Below, piece after piece: positions 1-10,063 of a stretch of DNA of 64,000 nt. The translations under genes were made by a program, and so were the position numbers. Numbering within the stretch: position 1 is the stretch's first letter; every line of letters begins with the position of its first letter. The notes under the pieces are model-generated. The model saw only the letters and a program-made list of their open reading frames with translations, did not search any database and was not told where the DNA came from. The stretch comes from an uncultured Chloroflexia bacterium (GTDB taxonomy: Bacteria; Chloroflexota; Ktedonobacteria; Ktedonobacterales; Ktedonobacteraceae), in assembly GCA_963778375.1 (NCBI GenBank), contig CAVZTX010000008.1, positions 59,366 through 123,365 on the forward strand, read 5' to 3'.

Positions 1-414
1 TGCCAGTAATTGAGCATCCCGTGAGCTTGTGAGAAATTCAGTACGGAGGCAGATGTATCCCCTTTGGGATCTAAGCTGACAGCCAGCACAGCCACCTTTT
101 GTGTATTCGAGCCGAGGTTCTGCATTACCGTGTGCAGTTTCTCGGCAGTCAGAGGGCATACATCGGGACAGTGTGTGTAGAGGAATGTTAATACAACTGG
201 TTTGCCTTTGAAATCTGAAAGCGCTACCTGCTTACCGAACTGATCAGTCAGTCGAAAATCTCGCGTGGGAGAGCTACCAAGATCGGTTCCTTGCAAGCCA
301 GACGAGCTTGCACTACTTGCACTGTTTCGTACTCCCAGAATAGCTATAATTATCACAACCAGCAATGCCAGCGTAATAACGGAAAGTCGGGAAGCCAGAC
401 GCCAGTTCATAATT
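1..414 (-). CDS. SCO1/SenC family thioredoxin-like copper chaperone (partial, runs off window start)
   Basis: Reverse-strand translation from ATG at 414 gives MNWRLASRLSVITLALLVVIII (signal anchor) then KPVVLTFLYTHCPDVCPLT with the SCO1 CxxxCP copper-binding motif. Not in the ORF track because it is truncated by the window edge. Confidence 0.6.
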
Positions 415-605
415 GATCTCCGGTTCTCAAGGTGGCCTTTCGCAGATACTTAGACAACTTCTATTGTCATAGATACTCCTGTTACCCTCCTTGCAGAGCA
501 CAATACCTTCCTTACAATCACCTGAATAGGCTTGTCCCTGCTTGCGCTTGCTGCTATAGTATTCCAGGAGATATAGGTTTATTTTGACAGAACAAGGTCA
601 TCATT

Positions 606-1457
606 ATGGCAGATATAGGACTCAATTTTTGGCTCACTCAATGGGGCTGGGAGCCATCCATAGTCATTGGTACAGCACTTATCGTAGGCTTCTACCTCTA
701 TGCAATAGGACCCCTGCAGAAGCGTTATTTCCCTGACGAGCCGGTCAAACGCGGCCAGATTATCTGTTTTTTGCTCGGTATGTTCTTCATGTTCCTGTCG
801 CTTGTCTCACCATTGGATGAGTTAGGAGATTCCTACCTGTTCAGCGCACACATGGTGCAGCATCTCATCCTTACCATCGTTGGGCCTCCGTTGTTACTGT
901 TGGGAACACCTGAGTGGTTTATCAAGCCATTATTACGAAATCGCATTGTGTTTAGCATAGCGAAGGTATTGACGCTGCCAGCCGTTGCTTTCACTCTCTT
1001 CAATGTCGATTTCTGGCTCTGGCACGCGCCTCCACTGTATGACGCCACCCTTGAGAATCAGAGCATCCACATTCTAGAGCATCTCACCTTCATCATCTTT
1101 GGAGTCCTGAATTGGTGGCCAATCCTCAGCCCCTCTAAAGATCTACCTCGTTTACCCGTGGGCGGACAGATATTGTATATCTTCTTTAACGGCATGCCTA
1201 CTGTTGCCCTTGGCGCTGGCCTGACATTTCTCCCTCCGCTCTACGCTCCCTACCTGAGCGCACCACGCGTATGGGGAATTTCCCCTGCAACTGACCAGCA
1301 ATTAGGTGGCCTCATCATGTGGATTCCCGTGAGCATTGCCTACATCGTCGTTGTGAGCATACTGTTCATCCGATGGATACAGGCCCAGGAAGCAAAACAG
1401 TCGGCAAGAGAGGCGGAGATATATGGGGATGAGAGCGTAGAAGAAATAAGTTCCTGA
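606..1457 (+). CDS. polytopic membrane protein, likely CtaG-type (caa3) cytochrome c oxidase assembly factor
   Basis: 283 aa with about 7 predicted TM helices. It lies next to SCO1/SenC, the usual COX assembly context. The family assignment comes from membrane topology and context, not from a recognised motif. Confidence 0.4.
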   Translation: MADIGLNFWLTQWGWEPSIVIGTALIVGFYLYAIGPLQKRYFPDEPVKRGQIICFLLGMFFMFLSLVSPLDELGDSYLFSAHMVQHLILTIVGPPLLLLGTPEWFIKPLLRNRIVFSIAKVLTLPAVAFTLFNVDFWLWHAPPLYDATLENQSIHILEHLTFIIFGVLNWWPILSPSKDLPRLPVGGQILYIFFNGMPTVALGAGLTFLPPLYAPYLSAPRVWGISPATDQQLGGLIMWIPVSIAYIVVVSILFIRWIQAQEAKQSAREAEIYGDESVEEISS

Positions 1458-1572
1458 CTCTTCTCATCCATGTTATAATGCCCCTCAGAATTTCCACTTT
1501 TCCACTAATGGAAGAGAAGTTCTAAAGTGGGAGACTCGTGTATTTCGTGTTTGTTGGGAAGGCTGTATTATT

Positions 1573-4500
1573 ATGCTCATTACACGCATCGAGTTGGAGA
1601 ACATCAAGAGTTACCGGCATTTCAGCGCAGATTTCCGGCGCGGCACAACTGCCATCAGTGGGGCAAATGGGGCAGGCAAAACAACCCTCGTCGAAGCCAT
1701 TGGCTATGCCCTCTTCGACTTCATCCCATATAATCAAAACCAGTTCGTGCGTGAAGGTGAGAAATATGGGAAAGTCGTGGTGCATTTCATCGGCAATGAT
1801 GATCGCGAGTACGAAGTTGAGCGGCGCTGCGGTGCTGGCTCGCGCTGGCTGGTGTATGACCGCGAGGCCGACTATCGTATTGAGCAGCGCACCGACGTGC
1901 TGGACAAACTACACGAACTTTTTGGCATTGATCGCGAGCGACCACTTGAAACCCTCTTCCGTGATGCCCTCGGCGTTCCACAGGGCACCTTCACCGCTAT
2001 CTTCTTAGAAACCGCTAGCAAGCGCAAACAAACCTTCGATGCCCTGCTCCAGATAGAAGACTACAAGACCGCTGCCGATTATTTGCTCGAAGCGCAAAAA
2101 GAATACAAAGAGCAGATGCAGACCCAACAAAATGAGATCCAGCACCTCGAATTTGAAACGCGCGATCTGGAAACCTGGCGTTATTCGCTTCAAGACATGC
2201 GCCGACAGGATCAAGAGCAGAAAGAGCAAAATGTGCAGGGCACACAGCGACTTGCACGATACAAAGAGCGATTTGAAGTCTTGAAGCAGCAACGTGATCG
2301 GCTGAAACAATGCCAGATGCACTATGAACAGAGCCAGACGACGCACGAAGCCGCTCAACAGGTTTTGCACAGTAAACAACAAGAATTAAATGACGCGCGT
2401 GCCGCACAACAAGCGGTCGAGGCCAGTCGCACCGACTATCAACGCTATCGACAGGCTGATGAAGCCCTCAAGCAACTACGACAGGACGAACGGCAACGTA
2501 ATAGCTTGCGTGAGCAACAAAGCAAGCTCAATAGCACGCTGGCAACCATTCGTGCGCATATCATAAACTTGCAGGATAGATTAGATGAAGTTGCAATTGC
2601 TCGTCAAAGAGTGGTGGAGCTATTGCCTCTCATCGAGCAGCAGTATGAAATAGAGAAACAGCGTGAAGAGCTGATGCGTCAGGTTACACAATATGAAGGA
2701 TTGGTGAAGGAAGGCAAACGCCTGAACCAGCAGCGCGCCAGCCTTCTTTCAGAGCAGGAAGTGATTTCTCAGCGTATTGCTAAGATCGAGCCGCTGCAAC
2801 CCTTAGCCGCACTGTTGAACCAACGCGTTGAAACCTTAGCGCAGTTGCAGGCGCGGGTAAATGAGCGCTCCTCCAAGAGGCAGCAGTTTGAGGAGAAACG
2901 CAAACAGTTGCAAGAAAAACGCGAGGAGCTTGAGCAAACCGCTGGTCAGTTACGCAAAGCAGAGAACATCATTACTCAGATCGAAGAGCATCGTCAGGAA
3001 GCGGAAGCCTTACCTAACCTTCAAGAGCAGCTTGAGCAACTTTCCGCACAGCACCATCGACTCGAAGGCAACATTGCAGGCTATAAGAAATCTCGTAAGC
3101 AATCAATAGGTGGACAATGTCCCCTACTTCAGGAAACCTGCCTCAACATTCAGCGAACGGGTCTTGCCAGCCTCGAATCCTATTTTGACAGATTGTTAGT
3201 TGATGAGCATGCACAGCTCGATGCTGTTGATCAACAGTTGCTCGAGGTAAATGAGCAAATCAACTCCGTCAAGAAATATGCAGATGCACTAAACAAACTC
3301 GGTCAATATATTGAGCGGCGTGATGGTCTGGTTGAGCATTTGAAACGCCTAAATACGGATATTACACGGCTGGACCGCGAAGTGACTAGCCTGGGAGAAG
3401 ACCTTGAGGCATTAAAGCAGGTGGATCAGGAGATTGTGAAAGCGAAGGCTGAGCGTGAAGAAAGCGAACAGGCCGACCACCGAGTACGTGAACTGGAAGG
3501 CTTCCGCAAGCAAGTGCAGCAGTTACAGGCACAGGTACAGCAGTGTGAAGCTGACCTGAATGAGCGCCGCGCACAGGCTAATGAACTGCGTGGGAGTGCT
3601 GACCAACTGTCACATGTTGAGCAAGAACTGAAAGCGCTCAACGATCCCCGCTCACGCAGTAAGGCCCAACAGGAAATCGTCAAACGAGAGCCTGCCTACC
3701 AGCAACAAATGCATGCTGAGCAGGAAAAGCTGCAAGACATCGAACGCCAATTGCATGTGTTAGAAGCAGAACTGATGGTATATGCCACCCTTGACATGCG
3801 CATCAGCGAGCAGGAATCTATTCGCCAGCAAAGCGAAGCCCGCTACCAGATCTATCTACAAAATGAGCAGATTGCCCGCCGTCTTCCCGAACGTGAGGAG
3901 GCCTTTCAGCAAGCCTTGCATAAGGCAGAACAAGCACAGCAAATGCTCCGAAATGCGGAACAAGCATATAAGGAAGCAGAGATGGCTTTCAACGCAGAAG
4001 AACTTACCAACCTCGACGAGGAGATTCACCGGCTGCAAGACGAACTGACGAGACTGGCAGAATCAATGCGCAACCTTCAGAGTGACATGAATAAGATCGA
4101 GCAGCATATTGTGCAGGCTGAAGCACTTCTCGTCGAGCTAGAAGCAGCACGGCAGGAAAAACGTACGCTTGAGGAACTCCAAACAACAATGGAGCATTTC
4201 CGCAAGCTGATAAAAGAGGCTGGACCTCATGTGTTGAAAGCAATGCTGGCTGATATCTCGGCTGAGGCAAATCGCATCTTTGGTGAAATCATGGGTGATC
4301 GCGGTGCACAGCTTTCATGGCAAAATGAGTATGAAATCGTCTTGCGCCGCCAGGGAGTCAATCGGACGTTTGCTCAGTTAAGCGGAGGAGAGCAAATGAG
4401 TGCTGCGCTCGCTGTACGTCTGGCATTGCTCAAAAAGCTGTCAACGCTCAATCTCGCCTTTTTCGACGAACCAACGCAAAATATGGATGAATTGCGCCGT

Positions 4501-4692
4501 ATGAACCTTGCCGAGCAAATCCGCCGTGTGCGCGGCTTTGATCAACTGCTCGTTATCAGCCACGACGACACATTTGAGCAAGGTCTTGACAGCTTGATCC
4601 GCCTGCGCAAGGTGGATGGCGAGACACGCCATATGATTGAAGATGAGGGAGCGGAAGTCGAACGAGAGCAGGTACGCGTCCATGCTTCATAA
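1573..4692 (+). CDS. SbcC/Rad50-like SMC-family ABC ATPase (1039 aa)
   Basis: N-terminal Walker A GANGAGKTT. About 800 aa of heptad-like Q/E/R/L-rich coiled coil with a central Cys pair (GGQCPLLQETC). C-terminal ABC signature LSGGEQ, Walker B LAFFDEPTQNMD and H-loop VISHDD. Confidence 0.8.
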   Translation: MLITRIELENIKSYRHFSADFRRGTTAISGANGAGKTTLVEAIGYALFDFIPYNQNQFVREGEKYGKVVVHFIGNDDREYEVERRCGAGSRWLVYDREADYRIEQRTDVLDKLHELFGIDRERPLETLFRDALGVPQGTFTAIFLETASKRKQTFDALLQIEDYKTAADYLLEAQKEYKEQMQTQQNEIQHLEFETRDLETWRYSLQDMRRQDQEQKEQNVQGTQRLARYKERFEVLKQQRDRLKQCQMHYEQSQTTHEAAQQVLHSKQQELNDARAAQQAVEASRTDYQRYRQADEALKQLRQDERQRNSLREQQSKLNSTLATIRAHIINLQDRLDEVAIARQRVVELLPLIEQQYEIEKQREELMRQVTQYEGLVKEGKRLNQQRASLLSEQEVISQRIAKIEPLQPLAALLNQRVETLAQLQARVNERSSKRQQFEEKRKQLQEKREELEQTAGQLRKAENIITQIEEHRQEAEALPNLQEQLEQLSAQHHRLEGNIAGYKKSRKQSIGGQCPLLQETCLNIQRTGLASLESYFDRLLVDEHAQLDAVDQQLLEVNEQINSVKKYADALNKLGQYIERRDGLVEHLKRLNTDITRLDREVTSLGEDLEALKQVDQEIVKAKAEREESEQADHRVRELEGFRKQVQQLQAQVQQCEADLNERRAQANELRGSADQLSHVEQELKALNDPRSRSKAQQEIVKREPAYQQQMHAEQEKLQDIERQLHVLEAELMVYATLDMRISEQESIRQQSEARYQIYLQNEQIARRLPEREEAFQQALHKAEQAQQMLRNAEQAYKEAEMAFNAEELTNLDEEIHRLQDELTRLAESMRNLQSDMNKIEQHIVQAEALLVELEAARQEKRTLEELQTTMEHFRKLIKEAGPHVLKAMLADISAEANRIFGEIMGDRGAQLSWQNEYEIVLRRQGVNRTFAQLSGGEQMSAALAVRLALLKKLSTLNLAFFDEPTQNMDELRRMNLAEQIRRVRGFDQLLVISHDDTFEQGLDSLIRLRKVDGETRHMIEDEGAEVEREQVRVHAS

Positions 4693-5959
4693 AGGCAAAC
4701 TCGCCACGGCGCTGAATTTCAAGCGCGGGCAGTTCACGGCATACGATGGTTCATTCAGCGACCAACTGAAGGCATACCGTCACGCCCTCGAAACGCTTTA
4801 CCAACAATATTCATCCGGCACGGATCTAGAGCATCTGCTCCCACCCGACGGTAGTGGTATGCCATCAGCCGGTGCACGTCCCAGTATTGAATTTGATCGC
4901 TGGCTCGTCAATGCTGCCGAGAACAGCTATTCCGGGCCTATTTTCCCCTTTGGGCGTGAGTTCGCCAATCACGAGCAGGCACGCCAATGGGCCGAATGCA
5001 TCGAGGGTATAACCACGCTAGCCGTCGACGGCAGCCAATTGCAGCCCTGGCGTGATGCCTCAATTCCGGTAGCCCTGGTTCAGGTTGGTTTCTTCGCCAA
5101 TCCCCATGTCCAGGGACAGCCATACACCAAAGATGTGCGTATTGAGGTACTTTCCCCCGATGAGATCATGGAAGAGTCCAGCAGCGAGCGTAAAGACCCC
5201 GACAGTTACCCTTACTCTGACATGCAGGTCACGCTGCGTCGCTATCTGCTGGAAATCGAGACTATTTGTAGCCAGATGGAGCAGTATAGCCGCACACGTT
5301 ATGCTCATCGCACTGATACTCCGGCACACAGTCCCGTCGTCTTCTTCGACGGTTCGCTCGTCGTCTCCTTTGCTCTAACCATGCCCAGCCCTTACCGCGA
5401 ACGTTATATCGATTCAGCCGTCTCCCTGTTACGAACATCGGAGGAGCAGCGTGTGCCCCTCATCGGCTATATCGATACCAGCTATGCACGTGACATGATT
5501 ACGATGCTGCGCCGCCTAGACGCCATGCAGCGCCAACCCGTCCTACGCGAAACAAAAAGGATTCATGACGCACTCCTCTGGCATGGGCATCTACGCTGGG
5601 GTGATCGTACACCCGCCATGATTTGCGCCCGTGGTGACATCCTGGAGGGCTACGGAGACTATCGTGAAAGTGTAGCCTTCTGCTACTTGCAAACAACTTC
5701 CACACGCCCTCCAGCCCGTCTGGAATTTCCACGCTGGATGCTCGACGATGGCATCCTGGAGCCTGTCCTGGACGTGGTTCGTGCCGAGGTTATCGCAGGG
5801 CAAGGATATCCCTATGCAATCGAGACAGCCGATGCCGTTTCGGTGATTACGATGCAGGATCGTGCTGAGTTCTATGCGCAATTCCAGGAATTTATGGAGC
5901 GCCAGGGATTGAAGTTTACGTTCTCGACGAAGTCGGTGAGTAAGAGTAGGAGAAGGTGA
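4682..5959 (+). CDS. hypothetical protein coupled to the SbcC-like ATPase; possible NurA-like (RNase H-fold) nuclease
   Basis: ATG at 4682 overlaps the SbcC stop (4690-4692) by 11 nt. It carries two hhhDGS motifs (LAVDGSQL and VVFFDGSLVV) spaced like NurA motifs. No other family was recognised. Confidence 0.35.
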   Translation: MLHKGKLATALNFKRGQFTAYDGSFSDQLKAYRHALETLYQQYSSGTDLEHLLPPDGSGMPSAGARPSIEFDRWLVNAAENSYSGPIFPFGREFANHEQARQWAECIEGITTLAVDGSQLQPWRDASIPVALVQVGFFANPHVQGQPYTKDVRIEVLSPDEIMEESSSERKDPDSYPYSDMQVTLRRYLLEIETICSQMEQYSRTRYAHRTDTPAHSPVVFFDGSLVVSFALTMPSPYRERYIDSAVSLLRTSEEQRVPLIGYIDTSYARDMITMLRRLDAMQRQPVLRETKRIHDALLWHGHLRWGDRTPAMICARGDILEGYGDYRESVAFCYLQTTSTRPPARLEFPRWMLDDGILEPVLDVVRAEVIAGQGYPYAIETADAVSVITMQDRAEFYAQFQEFMERQGLKFTFSTKSVSKSRRR

Positions 5960-6023
5960 TTGTGATATACTTATCCCCAGATAATTCTTACGTAACCCTT
6001 TGTTTTTATCCTAGAGAGAATTT

Positions 6024-6704
6024 ATGTCTCGTTCAACCCAATGTACCCTCACCTGTCCCTGCGGACAAGTGTTTACAAGCCCAATTTATGAATATGTCAA
6101 CGTTGCGAAAGATCCGCAGCTACAATATACCGTCCTAGCAGGACTGCTGAACGTATCTACCTGCCCATCTTGTGGGCGTCGCGCAGCTATCTCGCGACCA
6201 TTCATCTACTCCGACCCGGCTCATAACCTGCTAGCTTATGTTCATCCACGTAACGATGCACCCGAAGAGGCACGCCTGCTTATTCTCGAAAAGCTACGCA
6301 ATGTCTACATGAGCGTCGCAGGTGAGAATGAAGAACAGGCTGACTTCCACACGAATGGCATGAATGGTAATGGTAATGGCAGACTGACGGCAACTTCAGA
6401 CATCTATTCGGCAGAAGAGTCAGAGATACCGCCGCTACAAGTCATCTTTGGATTAGATCAACTGAACGAAGTTATCAACGCCGTATTGAGCCAGGATGAG
6501 CGCCTTGGAAAGTTGGCATTAAATACACGCAGCCGCAATGATGCAGAACGCGGGCAGATGCTGGACATTTCACGTAAGCTAGCTCAGGAGATGCAATGCC
6601 AGGTGGAAGTGGAAGATCTACCCGATGAGTATACCGTCTGGCTGTATGGTTCTCGCCGCCAGATTGGAGCGCTTATGCGAGAACTCGCCGCACGAGATAG
6701 GTAG
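6024..6704 (+). CDS. CpXC-type zinc-ribbon domain protein
   Basis: N-terminal CPCG...STCPSCG pair with spacing typical of the CpXC domain. The rest is low complexity (NGNGNG). Confidence 0.45.
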   Translation: MSRSTQCTLTCPCGQVFTSPIYEYVNVAKDPQLQYTVLAGLLNVSTCPSCGRRAAISRPFIYSDPAHNLLAYVHPRNDAPEEARLLILEKLRNVYMSVAGENEEQADFHTNGMNGNGNGRLTATSDIYSAEESEIPPLQVIFGLDQLNEVINAVLSQDERLGKLALNTRSRNDAERGQMLDISRKLAQEMQCQVEVEDLPDEYTVWLYGSRRQIGALMRELAARDR

Positions 6705-6709
6705 GCGCA

Positions 6710-7195
6710 ATGATTACGATTGGAGTGCTCACGATCAGCGATAGCGGTGCCAAGGGCGTACGGGAAGATACCAGCGGCGAAAACATTCGCGCTATTGTCA
6801 CCCAACTGCCTGATGCAGTTATCGAAGCGGGTGCGATCATTCCCGATGAACGCGAGTTAATAGAGGCCACCCTATGCGAGTGGAGCGATGCAAAGCAGCT
6901 TAACCTCATTCTCACCACAGGTGGGACAGGTCTGGCTCCGCGAGATGTCACACCAGAAGCGACCCGGGCGGTAATCGACCGTGAAGCTCCTGGGATTGCA
7001 GAAGCAATGCGCGCTATCAGCCTTCAACACACTCCCTTTGGCATGCTCTCACGTGGAGTCGTCGGAACACGTGGACGCACACTCATCATCAATCTTCCTG
7101 GTAGTCCCAAAGCGGTGAAGGAATGCCTGGAATATATCCTGCCCGTTTTGCCACATGCTGTTAATCTACTGACCGAGGGACCTCGAGAGCACTAG
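6710..7195 (+). CDS. molybdenum cofactor biosynthesis protein MogA/MoaB family
   Basis: LILTTGGTGLAPRDVTPEAT, the hallmark GGTG motif of the MoaB/MogA fold. Size is 161 aa. Confidence 0.8.
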   Translation: MITIGVLTISDSGAKGVREDTSGENIRAIVTQLPDAVIEAGAIIPDERELIEATLCEWSDAKQLNLILTTGGTGLAPRDVTPEATRAVIDREAPGIAEAMRAISLQHTPFGMLSRGVVGTRGRTLIINLPGSPKAVKECLEYILPVLPHAVNLLTEGPREH

Positions 7196-7198
7196 TCC

Positions 7199-8110
7199 AT
7201 GCCAATTGAAATCTCTAGCTTCACCTATCATGGCCATAGCGACAAGGTGTTCGCTGTGGCATGGTCACCTGATAGCATTTATCTGGCTTCCGCCTCACGC
7301 GATAATACCGTACAGGTCTGGAACGCTGCCACAGGTGAAGTTAGAACTACTTATCGTGGTCATACAAACTGCCTGCTTTGCGTGGCATGGTCACCGGATG
7401 GCAGGCTCATCGCCTCTGGAGACACCGATGGAGTCGTGCACGTTTGGGAAGCTCTAACCGGTAGCACCATTATTACATATTGTGGCCACATCCGCTTTGT
7501 GCGCAGCATAGCATGGTCACCAGATGGGAAATATATCGCCTCTGGAGGCGACTATGGCGATAGCACAGCACAGGTTTGGGAGGCGACTACTGGCAACAAT
7601 AGTTATATCCACAGGAATCAGTATCGAGTATTTGCTGTGGCATGGTCGCCAGATGGTCAGCGTATAGCCTCGGCCAGCTTTGATGCCAATGTACAAATAT
7701 GGGATGCCTTAACTGGGAACAACGTCTTCGTTTATCGAGGTCATTCTGGCCCGATTTATGCAACGGCATGGTCATCCGATGGCACTTATATTGCCTCGGC
7801 AGGACAGGATACGACGGTACATGTCTGGAATGCTACGACGAAGAATACAGCCCTTACGTACAAAGGTCATACGGATGCAGTGAAAGCTCTGGCATGGTCA
7901 CCTGAAAGTAGGTACATCGTCTCTGGTGGAGATGATGTGACGGTGCAGATCTGGAACGCTTTGACGGGAATCTCTTTCTTTGTCGATGAGAATTACACCA
8001 GTTGGATACGTAGCGTAGCATGGTCGCCCGACGGTAGGAGTATTGCCGTAGCGAGTAACGAGATCGTGAAGGTTACGTGTCTTCCTTCAGTCCCTTCTTT
8101 AGTTCCTTGA
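7199..8110 (+). CDS. WD40 repeat protein
   Basis: Seven repeats of VxxVAWSPDGxxIAS....VxVW. Confidence 0.85.
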   Translation: MPIEISSFTYHGHSDKVFAVAWSPDSIYLASASRDNTVQVWNAATGEVRTTYRGHTNCLLCVAWSPDGRLIASGDTDGVVHVWEALTGSTIITYCGHIRFVRSIAWSPDGKYIASGGDYGDSTAQVWEATTGNNSYIHRNQYRVFAVAWSPDGQRIASASFDANVQIWDALTGNNVFVYRGHSGPIYATAWSSDGTYIASAGQDTTVHVWNATTKNTALTYKGHTDAVKALAWSPESRYIVSGGDDVTVQIWNALTGISFFVDENYTSWIRSVAWSPDGRSIAVASNEIVKVTCLPSVPSLVP

Positions 8111-8414
8111 CAAAGCCAAAGACTCCTTGCACCCAGGTCATCTCGGCCTCGCGTTTTTTTTGCTCCTGTCGGCGACGTAGAGCTGCCTGAACAACTGCAC
8201 GCTGCTCTTCTTCGAGGCGCTGAGAGTCATATCGAGCACGCTTTTCGGGATCACGTAGCACCTCGTAGGCTTCATTGAGACGTTTAATATGGCTATCTCG
8301 CGCTTGCTGATTAAGGTCGGGATGGTGCAAACGCGCAAGACGACGGTAGGAGCGTTTAATTTCGGTCGTCGTTGCTTTGGGCGAAACTTCGAGCAGTGTA
8401 TAATAATCTGGCAT
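8073..8414 (-). CDS. J-domain (DnaJ-like) protein
   Basis: DYYTLLEVSPKATTTEIKRSYRRLARLHHPD contains the HPD J-domain motif. The tail is short and charged. Confidence 0.8.
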   Translation of the reverse strand: MPDYYTLLEVSPKATTTEIKRSYRRLARLHHPDLNQQARDSHIKRLNEAYEVLRDPEKRARYDSQRLEEEQRAVVQAALRRRQEQKKREAEMTWVQGVFGFVKELKKGLKEDT

Positions 8415-8899
8415 TAAGCACCTGTACTTCCAAATCCACCTCGTCCCTTGCCCATGTCATCAACTTCATCCCAGGCCATGCGCATAATTGGCACAAATAT
8501 GCCTTGAGCAATGCGTTCGCCGCGCTTCACCATAACAGCCTCTTCACGAAAATTGTAGACCAGCACCATCAGTTCATCACCTTCTCCACAGTAATCTTGA
8601 TCGATCACGCCCACACCATTAGGGATGAGAAGTCCTTTGCGACGTGGAGTACTGCTGCGCATCGTCAATAGCAACATGTATCCAGGCGGCGTTCGTACAA
8701 TCACATTGCTTGGAACGAGTCCCAGGGTGCGTGGCGCAATCTCAGTATCTTCGCGGCAAAGCAGGTCAAAACCCACTGAACCGTCCGTAGCATAGGTAGG
8801 CAGTGGTAGGTCTGTATCAATACGTTTGATAGTAACTTGCAAGAGTTCAGAGGGCTTGTCCATATCTGTTATTCTAGAGGAGAGTTCGTATAACGTCAA
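8414..8899 (-). CDS. dut: dUTP diphosphatase
   Basis: GSVGFDL, GRSS and GVIDQDYCGE trimeric dUTPase motifs. Size is 161 aa. Confidence 0.85.
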   Translation of the reverse strand: MTLYELSSRITDMDKPSELLQVTIKRIDTDLPLPTYATDGSVGFDLLCREDTEIAPRTLGLVPSNVIVRTPPGYMLLLTMRSSTPRRKGLLIPNGVGVIDQDYCGEGDELMVLVYNFREEAVMVKRGERIAQGIFVPIMRMAWDEVDDMGKGRGGFGSTGA

Positions 8900-8951
8900 G
8901 AGACAAGCAGAGGAGTTTTATCTGTTGAGTACGCGTGTAAAGTTGATCCTG

Positions 8952-9347
8952 ATGGGTGTGCTTTTATGCCTTGCGGTCATTGGTGCCGTTATTGCCACAA
9001 TAGCCACCGTTCAGGCTTTCCAGCGCTTTCAACAAACTCGTCAACTGATCCTGGCGGGTGATGTACGGGCTATTCAACCTTGGATGACGATCCACCACAT
9101 TTCCATCGTCTATCACGTACCTGAAAACTACCTCTATCAGAACCTGAAGATTCCCAGGTCTCCCACAGAAAGACTATCGCTCACGCTACTGGCAGGCCGC
9201 TACCATCAACCTGTGAATGAACTCATTCATGAGGTCCAGGTTGCTATTCTGGATTATCGCAGGCAGCATCCCAGACAGGGACTTCACCCTCCACCTCTCA
9301 ACTACCGAACTGTCAGCCTTTTTATTGCAGGAAGGGAGAACGGGTGA
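8952..9347 (+). CDS. small membrane protein of unknown function
   Basis: Likely start MGVLLCLAVIGAVIATIA, a TM helix. The longer ORF from 8826 overlaps dut on the other strand and is probably an overcall. The stop overlaps the DedA start. Confidence 0.35.
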   Translation: MGVLLCLAVIGAVIATIATVQAFQRFQQTRQLILAGDVRAIQPWMTIHHISIVYHVPENYLYQNLKIPRSPTERLSLTLLAGRYHQPVNELIHEVQVAILDYRRQHPRQGLHPPPLNYRTVSLFIAGRENG

Positions 9348-10063
9348 GTACATTCCTTCCTGCTCTACTCAACTTATTGCAGCAATATGGCTATCCTGTG
9401 CTGTGGGTCGCAGTATTCGTAGGAGCGATTGGCATACCACTTCCAATTAGTCTAACACTGCTTGCTATGGGCGCATTCGCTGCACTTGGCGACTTTAATA
9501 TCGTGTTGTTGGTCATACTCGCTCTCATGGCATCCGTTTGTGGCGATAACGTCGGCTATTTCATTGGAAGGCGCTGGGGCAGTAAACTGTTGAATTGGCT
9601 GGCTCATCCGAAAAGGCAGCGTTTTATCTCACCGCATACAGTTGAACGCTCTCGTGCATACTTCAATCGACGCGGAGGATGGGCGGTGTTTCTCACTCGC
9701 TTCCTCTTCACTGCCTTAGGCAGCGTCACCAATTTGCTTGCGGGAATAGAACTCTTGCCATATCGTCACTTTCTATTCGCCGATGTTCCAGGCGAGGCGC
9801 TTGGAGTAACTATTCCGCTTTCGCTCGGCTTCATTTTCGCCGCAAGTTGGGAGGCTGTAGGCGATATTGTTGGCACAATTTCCTTGCTGGCCCTGGCACT
9901 ATTAGTCGTCATTTTCTTGATCTATCGCCTCGTAAAGATGACGAAGGGTCCAAAAGCGACAGAAAGCCATCCAGAAAATGAGCTTGTAAGAGTCCAGAAG
10001 AATGCTCCTGGCAAGGCAGATATCACGAGTAATACAACAACTTCGGACCAGTTGCCACTTTAA
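9344..10063 (+). CDS. DedA/VTT-domain membrane protein
   Basis: GYFIGRRWGSKLL matches the DedA G(R/K)xxG region. It has multiple TM helices and is 239 aa. Confidence 0.75.
   Translation: MSTFLPALLNLLQQYGYPVLWVAVFVGAIGIPLPISLTLLAMGAFAALGDFNIVLLVILALMASVCGDNVGYFIGRRWGSKLLNWLAHPKRQRFISPHTVERSRAYFNRRGGWAVFLTRFLFTALGSVTNLLAGIELLPYRHFLFADVPGEALGVTIPLSLGFIFAASWEAVGDIVGTISLLALALLVVIFLIYRLVKMTKGPKATESHPENELVRVQKNAPGKADITSNTTTSDQLPL

Noticed and set aside
265-453. 62-aa + strand ORF near the window start
   Set aside because: Overlaps the well-supported minus-strand SCO1/SenC gene (CPDVCP motif) and is itself featureless.
2005-2407. Minus-strand ORFs of 125-130 aa inside the SbcC-like gene, and similar antisense ORFs inside both RelA/SpoT genes (11906..12496, 13675..13995, 14385..15185)
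   Set aside because: Embedded antisense ORFs within strongly supported long genes. Their low-complexity products are typical of GC-rich coiled-coil coding sequence.
3090-3140. Possible Rad50-type zinc hook (GGQCPLLQETC) in the SbcC-like coiled coil
   Set aside because: Cys spacing (CxxxxxxC) is not the canonical CPxCG hook. It is kept only as a descriptive note inside the SbcC feature, not as a separate motif call.
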